Both the position numbers and the translations under genes were made by a program. Of a stretch of 64,000 bases of DNA, positions 1-10,298 are shown piece after piece (the first letter of the stretch is position 1; the number at the start of each line of letters is the position of its first letter). The notes beneath the pieces were generated by a model. It saw only the letters and a program-made list of their open reading frames with translations. It ran no database searches and was not told the DNA's origin. The DNA is from Gemmatimonadota bacterium. Lineage in GTDB: Bacteria; Gemmatimonadota; Gemmatimonadetes; Palauibacterales; Palauibacteraceae. The stretch spans positions 21,897 through 85,896 of the forward strand of contig JBDHIQ010000005.1 of the NCBI GenBank assembly GCA_039587395.1, read 5' to 3'.

Positions 1-194
1 ATGAACCGTTCCGCTTCGAGCGCCCCGTCGATGTCGAAGACACTCCGCGAGAGCTGGAGCCACGCCGCGAGTCCGCCCTGCTGGCGACCGCGACGGCCCC
101 TGCGGACCGTCAGGACAGCGATGGAAGGCGACGGCCTGTGTGGCCGTTTGGCCTGGCCATCGTGTTCTTGTGTGGCGAGTGGTTGTGGAGACAC
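1..194 (-). CDS. Possible N-terminal part of a gene running off the window edge (hypothetical)
   Basis: Open minus-strand frame from GTG at 194 to the window edge (…IAVLTVRRGRRGRQQGGLAAWLQLSRSVFDIDGALEAERF), divergent from ftsY; no recognisable motif. Confidence 0.25.
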   Translation of the reverse strand, partial: MSPQPLATQEHDGQAKRPHRPSPSIAVLTVRRGRRGRQQGGLAAWLQLSRSVFDIDGALEAERF

Positions 195-254
195 AGAATC
201 GGGCTCCGGTAGGCGTGATGCGCACTGGACACCCGGCAAGCGAATAGATGAACA

Positions 255-1205
255 GTGGATGACGCGAGGCTCGATCTGAAATCGCAGCGGCCCAAGCGGT
301 CGCTGTGGAGACGTATTGTGGATGTGGCCTTCATGGACGTGAACACTCTCGTCCAGGGTGGCATAGACGCCGAGACGATCGACAGTCTCGAGCGCGTGTT
401 GCTGGAGGCCGATTTTGGGGTGGACGCCTCCATGGAGCTGGTCCAGACGCTGGAACGGGCGGCGGAGCGCGGCAAGGTGTCCAGCGAGGACGACCTCAGG
501 ACCCTGCTGGGTGACCGCATCCGCGAGATGCTCGACTCCGGGGTCGACGGCTCCGTGCCACCTGCCCAGTTGCGGCGCGCCCCGTCCGGACAATCCGTGG
601 TGCTGTTCCTGGGGGTCAACGGGACGGGCAAGACCACCACCGTCGCGAAGCTGGCGTGGCGCCTGACGCAGGCGGGTGACACGGTTCTGCTTGCGGCGAC
701 GGACACATTCCGCGCGGGGGCCCAGGAGCAACTCAAGGTGTGGGCCGAGCGCGTCGGCTGCGAGTACGTGGGTGGCAAGCCGGGCGGCGACCCGGCCGCG
801 GTGGCGTTTGATGCCGTCGAGGCCGCGGAAAGACGGGCCATAGACTGGGTCCTGGTCGATACGGCTGGACGTCTGCACACGGAGCACAGCCTGATGGAGG
901 AGCTAAAGAAGATCGACCGCGTCATCGGCCGCAAGATCGACGGGGCTCCGCACGAGCGGCTCCTGGTGGTCGACGCGACTTCGGGCCAGAACGTCCTCAA
1001 CCAGGCGCACCAGTTTGGAAGCGCCCTGGATCTGACGGGTCTGGTGCTGGCGAAGTTCGACAGCACCGCCCGGGCCGGCACGGCCGTCGCAGTCGCCCGG
1101 GAGCTCTCGATTCCGGTCCGCTTCCTTGGCACGGGAGAGAGCGAAGAAGCCCTGGAACAGTTCGACGCGGACGTGTACGTGACGAAGATCCTCGAAGCGG
1201 GGTAG
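255..1205 (+). CDS. ftsY: Signal recognition particle receptor FtsY
   Basis: SRP GTPase motifs GVNGTGKTTT, DTFRAGA, DTAGR; N-domain LLEADFG; C-terminal PVRFLGTGE. Confidence 0.97.
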   Translation: MDDARLDLKSQRPKRSLWRRIVDVAFMDVNTLVQGGIDAETIDSLERVLLEADFGVDASMELVQTLERAAERGKVSSEDDLRTLLGDRIREMLDSGVDGSVPPAQLRRAPSGQSVVLFLGVNGTGKTTTVAKLAWRLTQAGDTVLLAATDTFRAGAQEQLKVWAERVGCEYVGGKPGGDPAAVAFDAVEAAERRAIDWVLVDTAGRLHTEHSLMEELKKIDRVIGRKIDGAPHERLLVVDATSGQNVLNQAHQFGSALDLTGLVLAKFDSTARAGTAVAVARELSIPVRFLGTGESEEALEQFDADVYVTKILEAG

Positions 1206-1212
1206 CGAGCAC

Positions 1213-3321
1213 GTGAAGCGAGGTCGGTCGCTGCTTACCGGCTCCGTCCAGTACTTGAAGGGCGTCGGTCCCCGGCGGGCCGAGCGGCTCGAGCGTCTGG
1301 AGATTCGAACCGGTCGCGAGCTCCTGTACCACGTGCCGCATCGGTACGAGGATGCGACCACCGTGGATCCCATTGCCGGCCTGAAACCGGGCGACGACGC
1401 GACCGTCATCGGCCGTGTCGTATCGAAAGGCGTTCTGCAGACGCGAAGCCGGTTGCGCGTGTTCCACGCAGTCATCCGGGACGAAACCGGCATGATCGAG
1501 TGCGCCTGGCCGGGCCGGCCCTGGCTGGAGCGGACCATTCGCAAGGGCGATCTCCTCCTCGTCTCCGGACCTGTTCGCTTCTATCACGGCCGCCAGCTGC
1601 AACCCCGCGAGCACACCATGCTTGCCCGCCCGGACGACAGTACTGATCAGGGGGCCGCCGACGGTGGAAACGGAGCCGGCGGAGGCAGGGTGTTTCCGGT
1701 GTATCCGGCTACCGAGGGCCTCACGCACCGGCAGATCCGCACGATTGTCGACGCCAATCTGGAGGCCCTTCTCGCCGAACTGGACGAGGCGGATCCGTTT
1801 CCGGCCGCCTGGCTTCGGGAACTGGCGCTCCCGCCGTTGCGAACGGCACTGTCCTCCCTGCACCAGCCTCGCGTCATGGCCGAAGTGGAGCCTGCCAGGC
1901 GTCGGCTCGCCTTCGAAGAGCTGTTCTATCTCCAGCTGCTCCACGCGCGGGCGCGGGCCAAACTGCGCCTCGAGACCCAGGGGATCTCCTTCCGCGCGGC
2001 CCCGGAGCTGACCGAACCATTCCTGAAGGCACTGCCGTTCAAGCTGACCGGCGCCCAGAAGCGGTGCTGGGCGGAGATCCGCGAGGACATGGAGAAGTCC
2101 ACTCCCATGAACCGCCTGCTCCAGGGCGATGTCGGCAGCGGAAAGACGGTGGTGGCGGCGCTGGCCATGTTGAAGGCGGCGGAGGCAGGGTTTCAGGCCG
2201 CGCTCATGGCGCCGACCGAACTTCTCGCGGAGCAGCATCACCGTTCGCTTTGTGAGCTCCTGGACCCGATTGCCATGGAGCCGCAGCTGCTGACCGGCTC
2301 GATAGTGGGGAAGAAGCGGGCGGAAGTGTTGTCCAGCCTGGCGGCCGGATCCGGCCGCCTGGCCGTCGGCACGCACGCGCTGATCCAGGAGGCGGTGGAA
2401 TTCCAGTCTCTCGGACTGGCGGTAATCGACGAGCAACACCGGTTTGGCGTGGAGCAGCGCCGGTTGATGAGAGAGGGAGGTGGCGGGGTCGACGCGCTCG
2501 TGATGTCGGCGACGCCTATACCGCGCAGTCTGGCGCTGGCGCTGTACGGGGATCTGGACATATCCGTGATCGATGAGCTACCTCCGGGGCGGCGGCCCAT
2601 CATCACGGGAGTGCGTGGCGAGTCGAAGCGGGAAGCCGCCTTCGAGTTCCTGCGAGAGCAGCTGTCCGAGGGCCGACAGGGATACGTAGTCTACCCGCTG
2701 ATCGACGAGTCCGAAGTCCTGGAGGCGCGGGGCGCCACGGCCATGCGGGATGAGCTGGCCAGGCGGTATCCGGAGTTCCAGGTGGGCCTCCTGCACGGCC
2801 GCCTCGCGGCTTCCGAGAAGGAATCCATCATGCGCGGCTTTCTGTCAGGCCAGATCCACCTCCTGGTGGCAACGACGGTGATCGAGGTAGGCATAGACGT
2901 GCCGAACGCCAGTGTCATGCTGATAGAGGATGCCGACCGGTTCGGCCTGGCCCAGCTGCACCAGCTGCGTGGCAGGGTTGGCCGTGGCGCGGACCAGAGC
3001 TACTGCGTGGCCTTCTATCGCGGCGATTCGCCTCCTGAGCGATTGCAGGTGTTCTCCTCCACGACGGATGGGTTCGTGCTGGCTGAAGAGGATCTCCGGC
3101 TGCGCGGGCAGGGTGACATGTTCGGCCGCGAGCAGCACGGCGTGCCGGCGCTTCGCTTCGCGGAGCTGGATCGCGACCGCCAGCTCCTCGAGGATGCGCG
3201 ACGTCGGGCCAGGGAGATCGTGGCCGAGGACCCCGATCTTGCCAGGCCGCGGAACCGGCGCTTGGGGCGAGAGCTGACCGAGCTGTACGGTGGGCGCGAA
3301 GAACTGTACAGGGTGGGGTGA
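1213..3321 (+). CDS. recG: ATP-dependent DNA helicase RecG
   Basis: MNRLLQGDVGSGKT, MAPTELLAEQH, IDEQHRFG, MSATPIPR, QLHQLRGRVGRG; N-terminal wedge/OB domain. Confidence 0.98.
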   Translation: MKRGRSLLTGSVQYLKGVGPRRAERLERLEIRTGRELLYHVPHRYEDATTVDPIAGLKPGDDATVIGRVVSKGVLQTRSRLRVFHAVIRDETGMIECAWPGRPWLERTIRKGDLLLVSGPVRFYHGRQLQPREHTMLARPDDSTDQGAADGGNGAGGGRVFPVYPATEGLTHRQIRTIVDANLEALLAELDEADPFPAAWLRELALPPLRTALSSLHQPRVMAEVEPARRRLAFEELFYLQLLHARARAKLRLETQGISFRAAPELTEPFLKALPFKLTGAQKRCWAEIREDMEKSTPMNRLLQGDVGSGKTVVAALAMLKAAEAGFQAALMAPTELLAEQHHRSLCELLDPIAMEPQLLTGSIVGKKRAEVLSSLAAGSGRLAVGTHALIQEAVEFQSLGLAVIDEQHRFGVEQRRLMREGGGGVDALVMSATPIPRSLALALYGDLDISVIDELPPGRRPIITGVRGESKREAAFEFLREQLSEGRQGYVVYPLIDESEVLEARGATAMRDELARRYPEFQVGLLHGRLAASEKESIMRGFLSGQIHLLVATTVIEVGIDVPNASVMLIEDADRFGLAQLHQLRGRVGRGADQSYCVAFYRGDSPPERLQVFSSTTDGFVLAEEDLRLRGQGDMFGREQHGVPALRFAELDRDRQLLEDARRRAREIVAEDPDLARPRNRRLGRELTELYGGREELYRVG

Positions 3322-4953
3322 TGCGTTCAGTAGACGCACTCTGCAGTCAACGGCAACCGAAGCGGTGTGCCGCACCCGTGCGGCGGACGCTGATGGCGCT
3401 CATATGGTTGGCTGCCGGCTGTACAGGGTCGCAACCGGAGCTTCCCGTGCCTTCCGAAGCCTCCACGCCGCCCGAGATCCCGCCGTCCTGGCCGGGTTCG
3501 TTTCCGCGCGTGGTCATCGACGGCCGGCTGGACGACTGGTCCGCCGAGGTTACCCAGCTCACGGATCCTGCAGATGCTCCTGATGGGCCGGTGGATATCC
3601 GCCGCGTTCTGGTGACCAACCCTGCTGCTGGACGCAGACGACGACCCCGGGACCGGGGTCGCTCTCCATGGCCTGAGCGGGGTGGACGTGGCAATCGATT
3701 TCACGCGTCAGGATGCAGAGCAGCCCTCGCAGGTGCTGGAGGGGATCGCCGTCAGAGCTGTTCCGTCTTCGATCATGCTGAGTCCGTACGACCTCGGGCT
3801 GTGGTTCGAGCCGCGTCACTCGTCTCGAGTGATCGAGCTGCGCCTGGCGCGAGGGAGCCGTTTGCCTGACGGACGCGGGCTCTTCACGGCCGCCAGTTTC
3901 CACGGCAAGCTGGTCGGCAGAGATCTCACCGGCACAGTCCGGGACGAGACGCGCAGTTTCACGCATGAATTCCGGGAATCGCTGGCCGGTGGCGAACCGG
4001 TAACATCCGCAGCACGGCCGGATCCACTGGCCCGGGCTCCCGAGGCGGATCTGCGGGTGGTGGTGTGGAACGTGTCTCGCAACAGGATGCTGGAACGCCC
4101 GGAACCGTTCTCGCGGATTCTCGCCGCCCTTTCCCCCGACGTGGTCTTGCTCGACGAAGTGCCGCCCGGGGCCACCGAAGACCACATCAGGAATCTGCTC
4201 GCTCACCTGGCCGACTTCACGAAATGGAGCATTACGCCGGGAGAGAACGGAGGTAGCCAGCGGGGTGCCGTCGCCAGCAGGTTCGCAACGACCGCGGTTC
4301 CGGGCCTCAGCCGCATTGTCTACCCGGATTCCACACTGCGGGTTATGGGCGGCACGTCGTCACCAGGCCTCATGGACGTAGCGCGGAACGCGCGCTCCGG
4401 GGCTATCCCCGCGCACGGAACCGAGGTCAACCAGGGTGACAGGCGGATCCTTGTCGTCACGCTTGATCTGGTGTGTTGCGGAAACAGCGCGACGGCGGCG
4501 CAGGATAGGGTGCGGCGGATAGAAGCGGCAGCCATTCGCGCGGCCGTTCACGCGACGCTGAACCGGGAGGCGTTCGATGCCGTGCTGATCGGGGGCGATT
4601 TCAACCTGGTCGGTTCCCAGTTCCCGCTGGACGAACTGAGCCGCGATCTCGACCTGGATGGCGGAGACCTCTCGGTGGTGGAAGCCCTGCAGCTGGACGG
4701 GCTGTCTTCGGCGACCTGGGATGAAGGGAGCGGGCCTTTTCCTCCCGGCCAGCTGGACTACCTGCTGTACAGCGACCGGTCTCTCGAGGTGCGGCGGGCG
4801 TTCGTGTTCGATTCAGAGGACCTGGCCCCCGATTGGCTCGCGGCCCACGGGCTGCAGGCGGAGGACTCGGACCTGGCATCGGACCATCGACCCGTGGTGG
4901 CCGACTTCATGTGGTCATCGCAGGCAGGCGAGGCCCAACCTCCCGACAACTAG
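3318..4953 (+). pseudogene. Exported endonuclease/exonuclease/phosphatase (EEP) family lipoprotein, frameshifted near 3620
   Basis: N-part has a lipobox (LAAGC) and IDGRLDDW. A different frame continues LLLDADDDPGTG into ORF 3682..4953 with EEP motifs VVWNV, PDVVLLDE, GGDFN, LDYLLYS, SDHRPV. Lesion may be an assembly error. Confidence 0.7.
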
Positions 4954-5062
4954 AGACGCGCGATGCGTTGCCGTCGCCGCCCGCCGATCGCATCCTGATA
5001 GCGCGCCCCGAGCCCCTCACCGGACGGGCCCGGATCCGACTGCGACCGCCCTGCTAGAGATG

Positions 5063-6366
5063 ATGGATATGGAGACGTTCTGCACGATAAGGATCTCCCG
5101 GACCACGCCGGCGACACCGTCCAGCTGCGCGGGTGGGTCCGGAATCACCGTTCCAGCGGCAAGATTGCCTTTGCGGTGCTGAGAGATGGCACCGGCCAGG
5201 TGCAGGTTGTCTTCCCCAGGGATGAGGTCACTGAGCAAGCCTGGAGCGCCCTGGAAGACCTCGGGTACGAGGCCAGCATTCGCGTGGTAGGCCAGGTTCG
5301 GCAGGATGATCGGGCCCCGGGCGGATACGAGATCCATGCCCACGATGCCGAGATCCTGGGAGAGTCGCTGGACTACCCCATCCAGCCCAAGGAACACGGC
5401 ACGGACTTCCTGCTGGAGAATCGCCACCTGTGGCTGCGAAGCCCCAGGCAGATCGCCATCATGCGGGTCCGCGACGAGATCATCCGAGCCATCCGGGATT
5501 TCCTCCACGAGCGGGACTTCGTGATGGTCGATACGCCCATCCTCACGGGCTCGATCGGCGAATCCGCAGGCACGCTGTTCGAGACGGAGTACTTCGATCT
5601 CGGAACGGCTTACCTGGCACAGACGGGCCAGCTGTACGCCGAGGCGGCGGCGGCCGCGTTGGGAAAGGTCTACTGCTTCGGCCCGACGTTCCGCGCCGAG
5701 AAGTCCAAGACGCGGCGACACCTCACCGAGTTCTGGATGATGGAGCCCGAGGTGGCCTGGCTGGACAGTGAGGGCAACATGCAGCTCCAGGAGGACATGA
5801 TCTGCTACATCGTGGATCGTGTCCTGGAGCATCGCCGCGAGCAGTTGGGCATCCTGGATCGGGATGTCGAGGCGCTGGAGAAGGTGAAGGCTCCGTTCGA
5901 CCGGCTTAGCTACACGGAGGCGGTGGAGCAACTGCAGGGACAGGGGAGCGACATCCGGTGGGGAGCCGACCTGGGCGCCGGAGACGAAACGATTCTCACC
6001 GATGGCCGGGAGGGCCCGCTATTCGTGTACGACTACCCGAAACAGGCCAAGGCCTTCTACATGAAGGAAAATCCAGAAGATCCGCGCACCGTCAAGTGCA
6101 ACGATCTCCTGGCTCCCGAGGGCTACGGCGAGATCATCGGCGGCAGCCAGCGAGAGGACGACTACGACAAGCTGCTTTCCCGGATCCGCGAAGAGGGCCT
6201 TCCCGAAGAGTCGTACGACTGGTACCTGGACCTGCGGCGATACGGGACGTTCACGCACAGCGGATATGGTCTGGGGATCGAGAGAACCGTGAGTTGGATC
6301 TGCGGGCTCTCGCACCTGCGAGAGGCGATTGCGTTTCCGCGGATGATGACGCGTATCACTCCCTGA
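5063..6366 (+). CDS. asnS: Asparagine--tRNA ligase (apparent 1-nt frameshift at about 5089)
   Basis: YLAQTGQLY, FGPTFRAEKSKTRRHLTEFWM, GEIIGGSQRE, HSGYGLGIER. N-terminus MDMETFCTI is one frame off from KDLPDHAGDTVQLRGWVRNHRSSGK. Confidence 0.93.
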
Positions 6367-6388
6367 GCGACCCGAAGAAGGAGGGGAC

Positions 6389-6910
6389 GTGCGAAACAGG
6401 AGACGGAGCTCTCTCGGCAAGCACCCCCGGCTGTTGGCCCTGTGCCTGGTAGCTCTGGTTGCCTGCCAGACGTCCGAGCAGACCGACGCCGAACCGGCCA
6501 CAGGAGCCGCGGCTGCGTTGGATGTGGAGTATCTGGCTTCCGGTCCGATGCCCGGTCCGTTCTCGGAGGCCGTACGAATTGGAAACGTACTCATCCTGTC
6601 CGGTCAGATCGGACTCGATCCGGAAACCGGAGCGCTGGCACCCGGTGGAATCCAGGCGGAGACACGCCAGACTCTCGAGAACATCCGGACCACCCTCGAG
6701 CGCTACGGCTCCTCGATGGATCGCGTGGTCAAATGCACGGCCATGCTGGTCGATATTGAGGAATGGCCGGCGCTGAACGAGGTCTACGCCACGTACTTCC
6801 CCGTCAACAAACCGGCCCGCAGCGCGTTCGCCGGCAGCGGATTGGCCCGCGGCGCGAGGGTCGAGCTGGAGTGCTGGGCCACCGTCGAGGCCGTCCCGGC
6901 CGGCAACTGA
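6389..6910 (+). CDS. RidA/YjgF family protein with N-terminal lipoprotein signal
   Basis: PFSEAVRIG, SGQIG, VVKCT, NEVYATYF, PARSA, VELEC; N-terminal RRR…LLALCLVALVAC. Confidence 0.88.
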   Translation: MRNRRRSSLGKHPRLLALCLVALVACQTSEQTDAEPATGAAAALDVEYLASGPMPGPFSEAVRIGNVLILSGQIGLDPETGALAPGGIQAETRQTLENIRTTLERYGSSMDRVVKCTAMLVDIEEWPALNEVYATYFPVNKPARSAFAGSGLARGARVELECWATVEAVPAGN

Positions 6911-7027
6911 CGGACGGGGAGCGGATTTGCCCGCGAGATCACTCTTCCTGATCTTCTCGCCCACAGTTCCGCAGTTCCACAGTCTCGCAGGTCGATCTGG
7001 AGAGAAGGCGGGAAAAGGAGTGACTCC

Positions 7028-7690
7028 GTGAACGCAGCGATTCGCAATCTGGCCCTGATCGGTGCCCTGGCGGGCTCCCTTACCCTCGCGGCCACCGGGC
7101 CTGCGACGGCGCAGGACGACGGCGGGCCACCCCCGGGCTGGATGGTCCGGACGGACGGCGGAGGGCACGGGGCAGCCGAGGGCCTCGAATTCACGGAGAT
7201 GCCTCCCGGGTTCCACATCATGACCGGACCCGCGGGGATCTTCTACCACCCGGCTCAACGCGCGGATGGCGCGTATCGGGTCGAGGCGGAGATCTTCCTG
7301 TTCGATCCGGGCAATCGCCGCGAAGGTTTCGGACTCCTGTTCGCCGGTACGGAGCTGGACGGAGACGGGCAGGCGTACACGTATTTCCTGATCCGCCGGG
7401 ATGGGAAGTACCTGATCAAGCGCCGCGACGGCTCCGAGACCGCCACCATACAGGAGTGGACGGATCATTCCGCGATCACGACGTGGGAGAACCGGGGAGA
7501 GGACCAGGCAACGCTGAAATACGTGCTAGCCGTCCAGGTTGGGGCCTCCGCAATCGCCTTCTATGTGAACGACAGCGAGGTTGCCCGGATTCCGCGCGAC
7601 GGGCTGAGCACCGACGGCGTGGCGGGTCTCCGCATCAATCACGGCCTGAACCTTCACGTGACCCGACTGGATGTGACCACCGACGGCTGA
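7028..7690 (+). CDS. Secreted beta-rich hypothetical protein (concanavalin/DUF1080-like)
   Basis: AAGGAG RBS, Sec signal ending ATA-Q, beta-strand pattern (EGFGLLFAG, YTYFLIRRDGKYLI, FYVND, GLRINH). Confidence 0.7.
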   Translation: MNAAIRNLALIGALAGSLTLAATGPATAQDDGGPPPGWMVRTDGGGHGAAEGLEFTEMPPGFHIMTGPAGIFYHPAQRADGAYRVEAEIFLFDPGNRREGFGLLFAGTELDGDGQAYTYFLIRRDGKYLIKRRDGSETATIQEWTDHSAITTWENRGEDQATLKYVLAVQVGASAIAFYVNDSEVARIPRDGLSTDGVAGLRINHGLNLHVTRLDVTTDG

Positions 7691-7702
7691 TTCCGCCGGG
7701 TT

Positions 7703-8029
7703 CTAGGCGCCGCGAATCATGATCAACAGCATCTTGAACGGCTGCGGGGCATGGAGCGCGTGGGGGATGTCGGCCGGCAGGAGCAGCGCCTGACCCGCCT
7801 GTGCGACATGGGACTCACCGCCGACGGTGATCCGGGCCGTGCCGTCCAGTATCACCACGAGCGCATCGTGCGGCGTGGTGTGCTCGCTCAACCCCTCGCC
7901 CTCGTCGAAGGCGAACACCGTGACGTTTCCGGTGGCGTTCTTCAGCACCACGCGGCTGACCACCGAGTCCGCCTGGTAGTCGATCAGCTCGGAAAGCTGC
8001 GTCGGCACACTCAATCCGTCGGCAGTCAT
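7703..8029 (-). CDS. Cupin domain protein
   Basis: FAFDEGEGLSEHTTP and LPADIPHALHA cupin motifs; ATG at 8029 overlaps the maf stop. Confidence 0.9.
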   Translation of the reverse strand: MTADGLSVPTQLSELIDYQADSVVSRVVLKNATGNVTVFAFDEGEGLSEHTTPHDALVVILDGTARITVGGESHVAQAGQALLLPADIPHALHAPQPFKMLLIMIRGA

Positions 8030-8628
8030 CGTTGTATTCCCTCCGTACGAGCCCATCCCTGGAATGCGTATCGCCACCCGAAACGCCGGAACAGCTCCAG
8101 CATTCGCAGGACCGGAAGCCCCATGACGTTGAAAAAATCGCCCTCCACGCCCTGCACGATCGCCGCGCCGAAGCCCTGAATCCCGTAGGCGCCGGCCTTG
8201 TCGAGCGGCTCGCCGGTCTGGACGTACTCCGCGACCTCATTGCTGTCCAGCTCGCGAAACCAGACCCGCGTCTGCTCGACGGTACTTTCGGTACGGTCGT
8301 GAGCCGCGAGCGCGACGCCCGTATACACCACGTGCTCCCCGCCCGCCAGCCGAGTGAGCATCTGCCGGGCCTGCTCCGCCGACGCGGGCTTCCCCAGCAC
8401 GTGCCCCTCGAACGCCACCAGCGTATCGCACCCGAGGCTCAGGAAGCCGGCACGCGCAGCCTGTCTGGCTTTGACCCGGGCAAGACGCTCGGCGGCTACC
8501 TCCGGGAGCTCACCCGGCAGCAACGACTCGTCGACGTCCTGCGCCCGCACATCAAACTCGATGCCCAGGCGATCCAGGATCTCTGCCCGGCGCGGCGACC
8601 TCGACGCGAGGATGATTCGTGGGTGCAC
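8026..8628 (-). CDS. maf: Maf family nucleoside triphosphate pyrophosphatase
   Basis: ILASRSPRR, GCDT, LGKP, GEPLDKAGAYGIQG, NVMGLP. Confidence 0.96.
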   Translation of the reverse strand: MHPRIILASRSPRRAEILDRLGIEFDVRAQDVDESLLPGELPEVAAERLARVKARQAARAGFLSLGCDTLVAFEGHVLGKPASAEQARQMLTRLAGGEHVVYTGVALAAHDRTESTVEQTRVWFRELDSNEVAEYVQTGEPLDKAGAYGIQGFGAAIVQGVEGDFFNVMGLPVLRMLELFRRFGWRYAFQGWARTEGIQR

Positions 8629-8803
8629 GGCGACTCCTCCTTAGACCGAAATGTGCACACAGCCGCTCCGGATCGCACGCGGCCGCCTCCTGTTGCTAGG
8701 TTGTAGGCTAAGTTGGTGCCGCGAGACGCAGCCGTCTGCCCGCCGGGTGGGGGCGGAGACAGCGGCGCAGATCATTCGGAGGAGGCACGCTCTGGAGAAC
8801 GAG

Positions 8804-9417
8804 ATGGTAGAACCGGACATGACCGGCGGCGACGCGGGGCCACGCAGGGTTCCCAGGCGGCTGCGTGAGCGCGCTCCGGAGCTGCTGGTGGAGGCTTTTT
8901 CGGTCATGCTTGCCGTCCTGGTCGCGCTGGCCGTGGATGCCTGGCGAGAAGACCGGTCATACAGAGAGCTGGCCGAGCGAGCGCAGGCGAGCATCGTCGA
9001 AGAGATCCAGACCAACCGCGCCGAGCTTGCCAGTGCAGCCGACAGCAACGACGAGCTTCTCGGGCAGCTTGGACGCTCTCCGGTTTCGATTTCTCCTTCT
9101 CGCTCCTCACATCCGCCGCATGGCAAACTGCCCAGATGACCCGTGCCGCTCACTTTCTGGATTTTGACTGGGTGACCAGGGTAGCCCGCCTCTACGATCT
9201 GCAGGAGTTGTACGAGCGGGCCCAGTCGGCTGTCGTGGATGAGTTCGGCGCCGGTGGTCCGGGCGAGGCGCAGTTGGAGGAGTTCCTTCGCAAACTGCAG
9301 GCCCGCATCTCCCTGGCAGCGACGCTCCAGGACGGGCTGTTGGAAGAGTATGAGGAAGTGCTGACGGAGTCCGGCTCCGGGGCAGGGGATTTGGCCCCTG
9401 AAGCGGATGGAGCTTAG
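8804..9417 (+). pseudogene. Single-pass membrane protein (N-terminal TM plus helical domain), frameshifted at about 9070-9078
   Basis: TM ELLVEAFSVMLAVLVALAV then coiled-coil. A second frame from 9079 reads SGFDFSFSLLTSAAWQTAQ straight into ORF 9136..9417. Confidence 0.6.
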
Positions 9418-10298
9418 TGAAGACTGAGCGAAAGGGAACCATTCATATGATACCAGCAGTCGACACCCTTGCACCATCGCGCTGGTCCGCGACGGCGGTG
9501 ATGACCGCGCTGGCCCTGACAGCGGTATTGTCCGGCACCCTCCACGCGCAGCAGCTCCCGGCCGAATTGGAGGCCGAGCTTCAGGGAAAGACGGTCTTTT
9601 CGGACGGCACCCTGCTCCGTCATGCGTCTGTCGATGCGGCACAAGCTGCAGAAATCGCCAGCTTGCTGGGAATCGGGCGGCAGCGCATCGAGACCTTCTT
9701 CGGCGAGCCGTTTCCCGAGCCCTTCACGGTGACTCTGGCACCCGACCGCGACAGCTTCAGCGCCGTCCTGCGCGCGGAATGGGGCGTCCCGGAGACCGCA
9801 TGCTGGATGGTAGCCACGGGTGTCGCCGACTTCATGGTCATTCTCTCGCCCCGCGTCTGGGAGAAGCAGGCCTGCGAGCACGATCCGTCCGACAAGCAGC
9901 ATGTCCAGGACATCGTTACGCACGAGCTTGCCCATGTCTTCCACGGCCAGCGCAATCCGACGCGTGATTTCAGCGGGGCGGAGGAGATAGGCTGGTACGC
10001 GGAGGGACTCGCCGTTCTGGTAGCGGATCAGCTGAACCGGGATAGGCTGTCGGATCCGGCCCAGGCGGTAGCGAGCGGTGCGGCGCCGACGCGACTGGCC
10101 GACGCATGGTCTGGAGAGTACCGGTACGGTGTCTCGGGCTCCATCGCCGCCTACATCGACCACCAGTACGGTCGTCAGACCACGCTCCAGCTGCTGTCCG
10201 TAACGACTCAGGCGGAGCTGCTCTCGGTGCTGGACATTGCCGAGGAAGCTCTGCTGACGGCCTGGAAGAGCTGGCTGAGCGAATCCGCGGGTGGCTGA
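9417..10298 (+). CDS. Secreted gluzincin-type zinc metallopeptidase (clan MA-like)
   Basis: Signal peptide ending LHA-Q; HELAH at 9921-9935 plus downstream WYAEGLA third-ligand motif. Confidence 0.8.
   Translation: MKTERKGTIHMIPAVDTLAPSRWSATAVMTALALTAVLSGTLHAQQLPAELEAELQGKTVFSDGTLLRHASVDAAQAAEIASLLGIGRQRIETFFGEPFPEPFTVTLAPDRDSFSAVLRAEWGVPETACWMVATGVADFMVILSPRVWEKQACEHDPSDKQHVQDIVTHELAHVFHGQRNPTRDFSGAEEIGWYAEGLAVLVADQLNRDRLSDPAQAVASGAAPTRLADAWSGEYRYGVSGSIAAYIDHQYGRQTTLQLLSVTTQAELLSVLDIAEEALLTAWKSWLSESAGG

Noticed and set aside
6961-6990. Short CAGTT/CAGTC repeats in the intergenic region
   Set aside because: Too short and degenerate to assign a function
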